A DNA stretch of 62,052 nt, filler included. It is 8 parts of 8 records of this genome, joined end to end, with 100 filler letters (N's around TTAATTAATTAA, not from the genome) between each part and the next. Parts side by side here need not be neighbours in the genome. Positions count along the whole stretch, not along the records: positions 55,440 to 62,052 come from SRR31156797_69158; 7 more parts are not named here. The stretch is one strand, 5' to 3'. The position numbers and the translations under genes were made by a program. Of the stretch, positions 59,801 to 62,052 are shown one piece after another. Positions within the stretch are counted from its first letter, which is position 1. Every line of letters starts with the position of its first letter. The notes under the pieces were generated by a model. The model searched no databases, was not told the DNA's origin, and saw only the letters and a list, made by a program, of their open reading frames with translations.

Positions 59801-60048
59801 CTGGTGTACTCGTCAATGCCCTCAAGGCCGTCAATGGCGTCCTCGATCTTCCGGGAGATCCCCTCCTCCACCTCTTCGGGATCGGCCCCGGGAAAGGCAA
59901 CGCTGACACGGATGAAGTCCAGCTCCATGTCCGGCATCTCCTCCCGCACCATACCATTGGCGGCGAGCATGCCGGACACAAGGATCAGCGCCATGACAAG
60001 GTTGGCAAACACGCGGTTGCCGGAAAACGCCTTAATAATCGCTTTCAT
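56815..60048 (-). CDS. RND efflux permease (AcrB/AcrD/AcrF family)
   Basis: FPGADPEEVEE, GIVADDAIVVGE, GVVVNDAIVL, RFRAVMLTS. Confidence 0.93.
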   Translation of the reverse strand: MKAIIKAFSGNRVFANLVMALILVSGMLAANGMVREEMPDMELDFIRVSVAFPGADPEEVEEGISRKIEDAIDGLEGIDEYTSTSAEGISTTTITVTDGHDPNVLLDRVRNEVDAITTFPEDAETPSVVRPQIEKGVISLALTGDMPEARLKEWAESVKQELQAIDGVSRAEVSGTRAYEISIEVSQATLLKYDLTIAGIAQIIADASQNRSGGTIKTDAEEIRVRTVGRRYTGKEFAGIKVVTGPRGETVTLGEIADIRDGFTENTLSMAVNGAPGVLINVLAGEEDTIEIADRVIRFQREKQRTLPEGAGIMILSDNTEGIRASLNTLVNNALLGLVMVFLLLWLFMDTTISFWVGMGIPTSLLGGLAIVHFAGISLNKITLFGLIMVLGIVADDAIVVGEAIFVRRKNGDSPAMAVVNGVSEVGLPVLASILTTIVAFIPLYHIDGVMGKFIIALPTAVIGCLVISLVECVLVLPAHLSDLKTGDAGPKNRFFAFVDRFHRMTVNSMDWMAQRIYLPLLKRVVGMRYVAVCVAMVMLLMCAGLVRGGFIRFNVFPKSASSIVTSVIEFPEGTPHGVTERAVARVVGAAERAAQRFSVPTGGELIVNILSTVGQAAGEKAGAVETGQPHVGGVRVTLLDPDISGIHSEGFIRAWEEEAGDLAGVQTLEFTASGGGPPGAPLEICFRGDSLSGISGAADETMARLRQIQGVTQVFSDNAPGKNEFKFSLKSGAEHLGLTVTDLAAQVYGGFYGAEAMKVQRGDNEVEVNVRLTASERASLASIRDFMVRTGTGAQVPLSSVADVAYGPGFSSITRKDGRRQVMVSAEVNTAVVVAGDVIDQLNRDFFPALKAKYPGITISFEGDAKRSQESFSSLYLWVPIAVMGMFLIIATMFRSYVQPLVVLVTVPFGLVGAVLGHFAMGEMLSLLSVFGMVALIGVVVNDAIVLMERINMNLAQGMAFYEALFQGGVRRFRAVMLTSISTVGGLLPLITETSQYARQLVPMGISLAFGVAFATVLTLVLIPCFFTIINDLRLAGARLSGRRDVTREALEPAFTRNQGLVPRFAPGETVPGEGA

Positions 60049-61403
60049 GACGCCTCCACAGCCGCTGCCACCCGGATGTCCCCCAGGGTCACCGGCTGGT
60101 TTTCCAGGGGATGGGCCAGACGGGTGGTGATCACCGGGGTGCCGTCTGGGATATTGCCGGTAATATAGGCCTGGTCCCCGTCCGCCATGACAAGGTCCAC
60201 CGCAACGGTTCGAAGGCGGCCGTTTTCCGCGATAAACACGGTGTTGTCGTCATTGACAACAGAAGCGGGCACCCGGATCGCCTTTGAAAGGGTTTTTCCC
60301 GGGATGAACACGGTGCAGAACATGCCGTCCACCACGGGAAACCGGGTATCGTCAAGGCGATAGGTGGCCCCGTTGATCCGCACGGCAACAAGGAGGGTCC
60401 GGGTGGCAGGATCATACTTGACCATGCGATGGATGGTCGCCCGGACAGCGGAGGTCAGCTTGCCGGTCACGGATTCGACCCGGCACGGCCTTTCTTCAAG
60501 GCCGTCAAACCAGTTCCCCGAGTCAACCGCCCCTCCCAGCCCGAGCTTCCCAAAGCAATCATCCTCGCTAAGGGAAACCTGGATCTCCAGCAGGTCATCG
60601 TTTGCCAGGGTCAGGGCCCTTGCGCCCGCGGCGAGATAGATGCCGGGCTCGAGAGCCTCCTCCCGGATTCTCCCGTCAAAGGGCGCCCGGACCGTGCACC
60701 GGTCAAGGTTGAGGCGGGCCGTCTCAAGTTCGGCCCCGGCATTGGCGCGGTTCTCCTCCGCCTCCCGGATCTTGAGGGGATAGAGTTCAATGGACTTGAC
60801 CAGGGCGCGTTCCGTATCAAGGAGGGTGTTATAGGTCTGCTCGGCCCCCTCCACCCCGGAGAGGGTCCCCACCCGCTCCTGTTCAAAAAGATTTTTCAGG
60901 CGCAGGTGCTCGGCCCCGGCAAGGGCGGTGGTCCGCCGGACCGCAGGCAGCCGTGCCCGGTCGTTTTCATACTCCACCGTGATCTGCTTTACCTTGTTCT
61001 CCTGCAACCTCAGGTTGATCCCGGCCTTTTCCCAGGCAAGGGCATAATCCCTGTCATCGATCTCGAACAGGATCTCGCCCTTTTTGACCCGGCCCCCCTG
61101 GACAAGGTTGGGGCTGACCCGGCGGATGGTCCCGGACACCTCGGACGCGATATCCACGCACTCAACGGGAACGGCCTGGCCGTATCCCTTGACCGGGACC
61201 ACCACATCCCGGGACCGGGCAATCACCGCGTCAACGGCTGTTGCTGCAATCCCGGGCGCTTTTTCCGGCAGCGGCTTCCTGGCCCGGGCCAGGGTGTTCA
61301 TGCCAATGAACCCGGCCAGGAGCAGCCCAAGGCAGACCAGGACGGTCACGGCCGGCTTACGCCATCTGTTTATTTTTTTTGATTTTTTCTCCGGTGATTT
61401 CAT
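60045..61403 (-). CDS. RND periplasmic adaptor (MFP)
   Basis: ATG 61403 after GGAGG (the ORF-track extension to 61670 is unlikely); ASEVSG, GGRVKKGEILFEID, VRAPFDG. Confidence 0.9.
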   Translation of the reverse strand: MKSPEKKSKKINRWRKPAVTVLVCLGLLLAGFIGMNTLARARKPLPEKAPGIAATAVDAVIARSRDVVVPVKGYGQAVPVECVDIASEVSGTIRRVSPNLVQGGRVKKGEILFEIDDRDYALAWEKAGINLRLQENKVKQITVEYENDRARLPAVRRTTALAGAEHLRLKNLFEQERVGTLSGVEGAEQTYNTLLDTERALVKSIELYPLKIREAEENRANAGAELETARLNLDRCTVRAPFDGRIREEALEPGIYLAAGARALTLANDDLLEIQVSLSEDDCFGKLGLGGAVDSGNWFDGLEERPCRVESVTGKLTSAVRATIHRMVKYDPATRTLLVAVRINGATYRLDDTRFPVVDGMFCTVFIPGKTLSKAIRVPASVVNDDNTVFIAENGRLRTVAVDLVMADGDQAYITGNIPDGTPVITTRLAHPLENQPVTLGDIRVAAAVEAS

Positions 61404-61768
61404 GAATCCCTCCATGTTGAATTTACCGCCCAATATAATCCACGGAAGGTGAAGCCCGGGTGAAATCGGTGTGAAAAAAACGTGAAATCGTTTCCGATTC
61501 ACACGCCCCTTCCCCGGGCCAACACGGCGAGCGGGCCAACGGGTGCTGGCGTATACCGTGCGCAAGGATATTGACCGGGAACTCACGGACCTTGCCATGT
61601 ATGAGGCCCAAAGGCTGGCCGGGGACGATACGTGGCCCATATGGAAAAAAATTAAACCATCTTTTTTCAATGACCAGTTACAAAAAGAGTTGCTTTTTAC
61701 AGCTCAGCCCTGTATATGTTTCTCCACATAGAAACAAAATTAACCTTCAGGGAGAAAGGAACCGATAA

Positions 61769-62052
61769 ATGAGCGACACCATCACCGACTACCAGCTGCC
61801 GGACAGCAAAGGATACTTTGGCAACTACGGAGGAAGTTTTGTCCCCCCCGAGCTCCAGGACGTTCTGGACGAGATCACGGAAAGCTATCTTGCCATCAGA
61901 AAGGACGAAAGCTTCATCCGGGAGCTTGCCATGCTCAACCGGCACTTTACCGGCCGGCCCTCCCCCATCTTCCATGCGAAAAACCTCTCTGAAAAAATCG
62001 GCGGCGCCGACATCTATCTGAAACGGGAAGACCTGAACCACACCGGCGCCCA
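61769..62052 (+). CDS. trpB: Tryptophan synthase beta chain (3' truncated)
   Basis: Manual translation [26 protein letters not shown]...GRPSP...[13 protein letters not shown]. Confidence 0.93.
   Translation, partial: MSDTITDYQLPDSKGYFGNYGGSFVPPELQDVLDEITESYLAIRKDESFIRELAMLNRHFTGRPSPIFHAKNLSEKIGGADIYLKREDLNHTGA

Noticed and set aside
61500-61731. Protein-like 62-aa ORF between the MFP gene and trpB (gene remnant or trp leader)
   Set aside because: No RBS, no tandem Trp codons or attenuator hairpins, and no recognisable family.
1-62052. CRISPR arrays, tRNA/rRNA, integrases or transposases
   Set aside because: None seen by eye. The copper island looks accessory, but no mobility genes are present in the contig.

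Overview
The window is a concatenation of eight unrelated contigs joined by 100-nt N/TTAATTAATTAA spacers (gaps at 5385-5484, 19499-19598, 28282-28381, 33546-33645, 39631-39730, 49247-49346, 55340-55439), so gene neighbourhoods only hold within a contig. (1) 1-5384: recC-recB, GC-rich. (2) 5485-19498: an AT-richer, Vibrionaceae-like copper island with CopA P1B-1 ATPase, a MerR regulator, CusRS, Met-rich periplasmic proteins, cytochrome c, an MCP, a deltaproteobacterial-type porin and a DUF3316-like protein. It has two MerR-type promoters and five CusR/CopR boxes. (3) 19599-28281: spirochaete housekeeping genes (cdd, recN, nadK, degenerate DegT, cheW). (4) 28382-33545: sat, FKBP PPIase, MarR, acyl-CoA dehydrogenase. 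(5) 33646-39630: FCB-type TonB receptor, T9SS-CTD protein, PorV-like barrel, Lrp. (6) 39731-49246: Desulfobacterota-like leuS-lptE-holA, rpsT, murJ, ParB-like, SplB-like radical SAM, NifU, hydroxyacyl-CoA dehydrogenase, bS22. (7) 49347-55339: K+ channel and a two-gene S8 protease-dockerin plus cohesin-like PEP-CTERM operon. (8) 55440-62052: MFP-RND-TolC efflux operon and the start of trpB. The two best candidates for undescribed systems are (a) a cohesin-dockerin pair that could tether a subtilase to a Gram-negative surface through PEP-CTERM sorting, and (b) two sibling small RNAs, each behind a CusR box with identical promoter geometry, in the same regulon as an alternative porin. All family calls come from motif recognition, not database searches.
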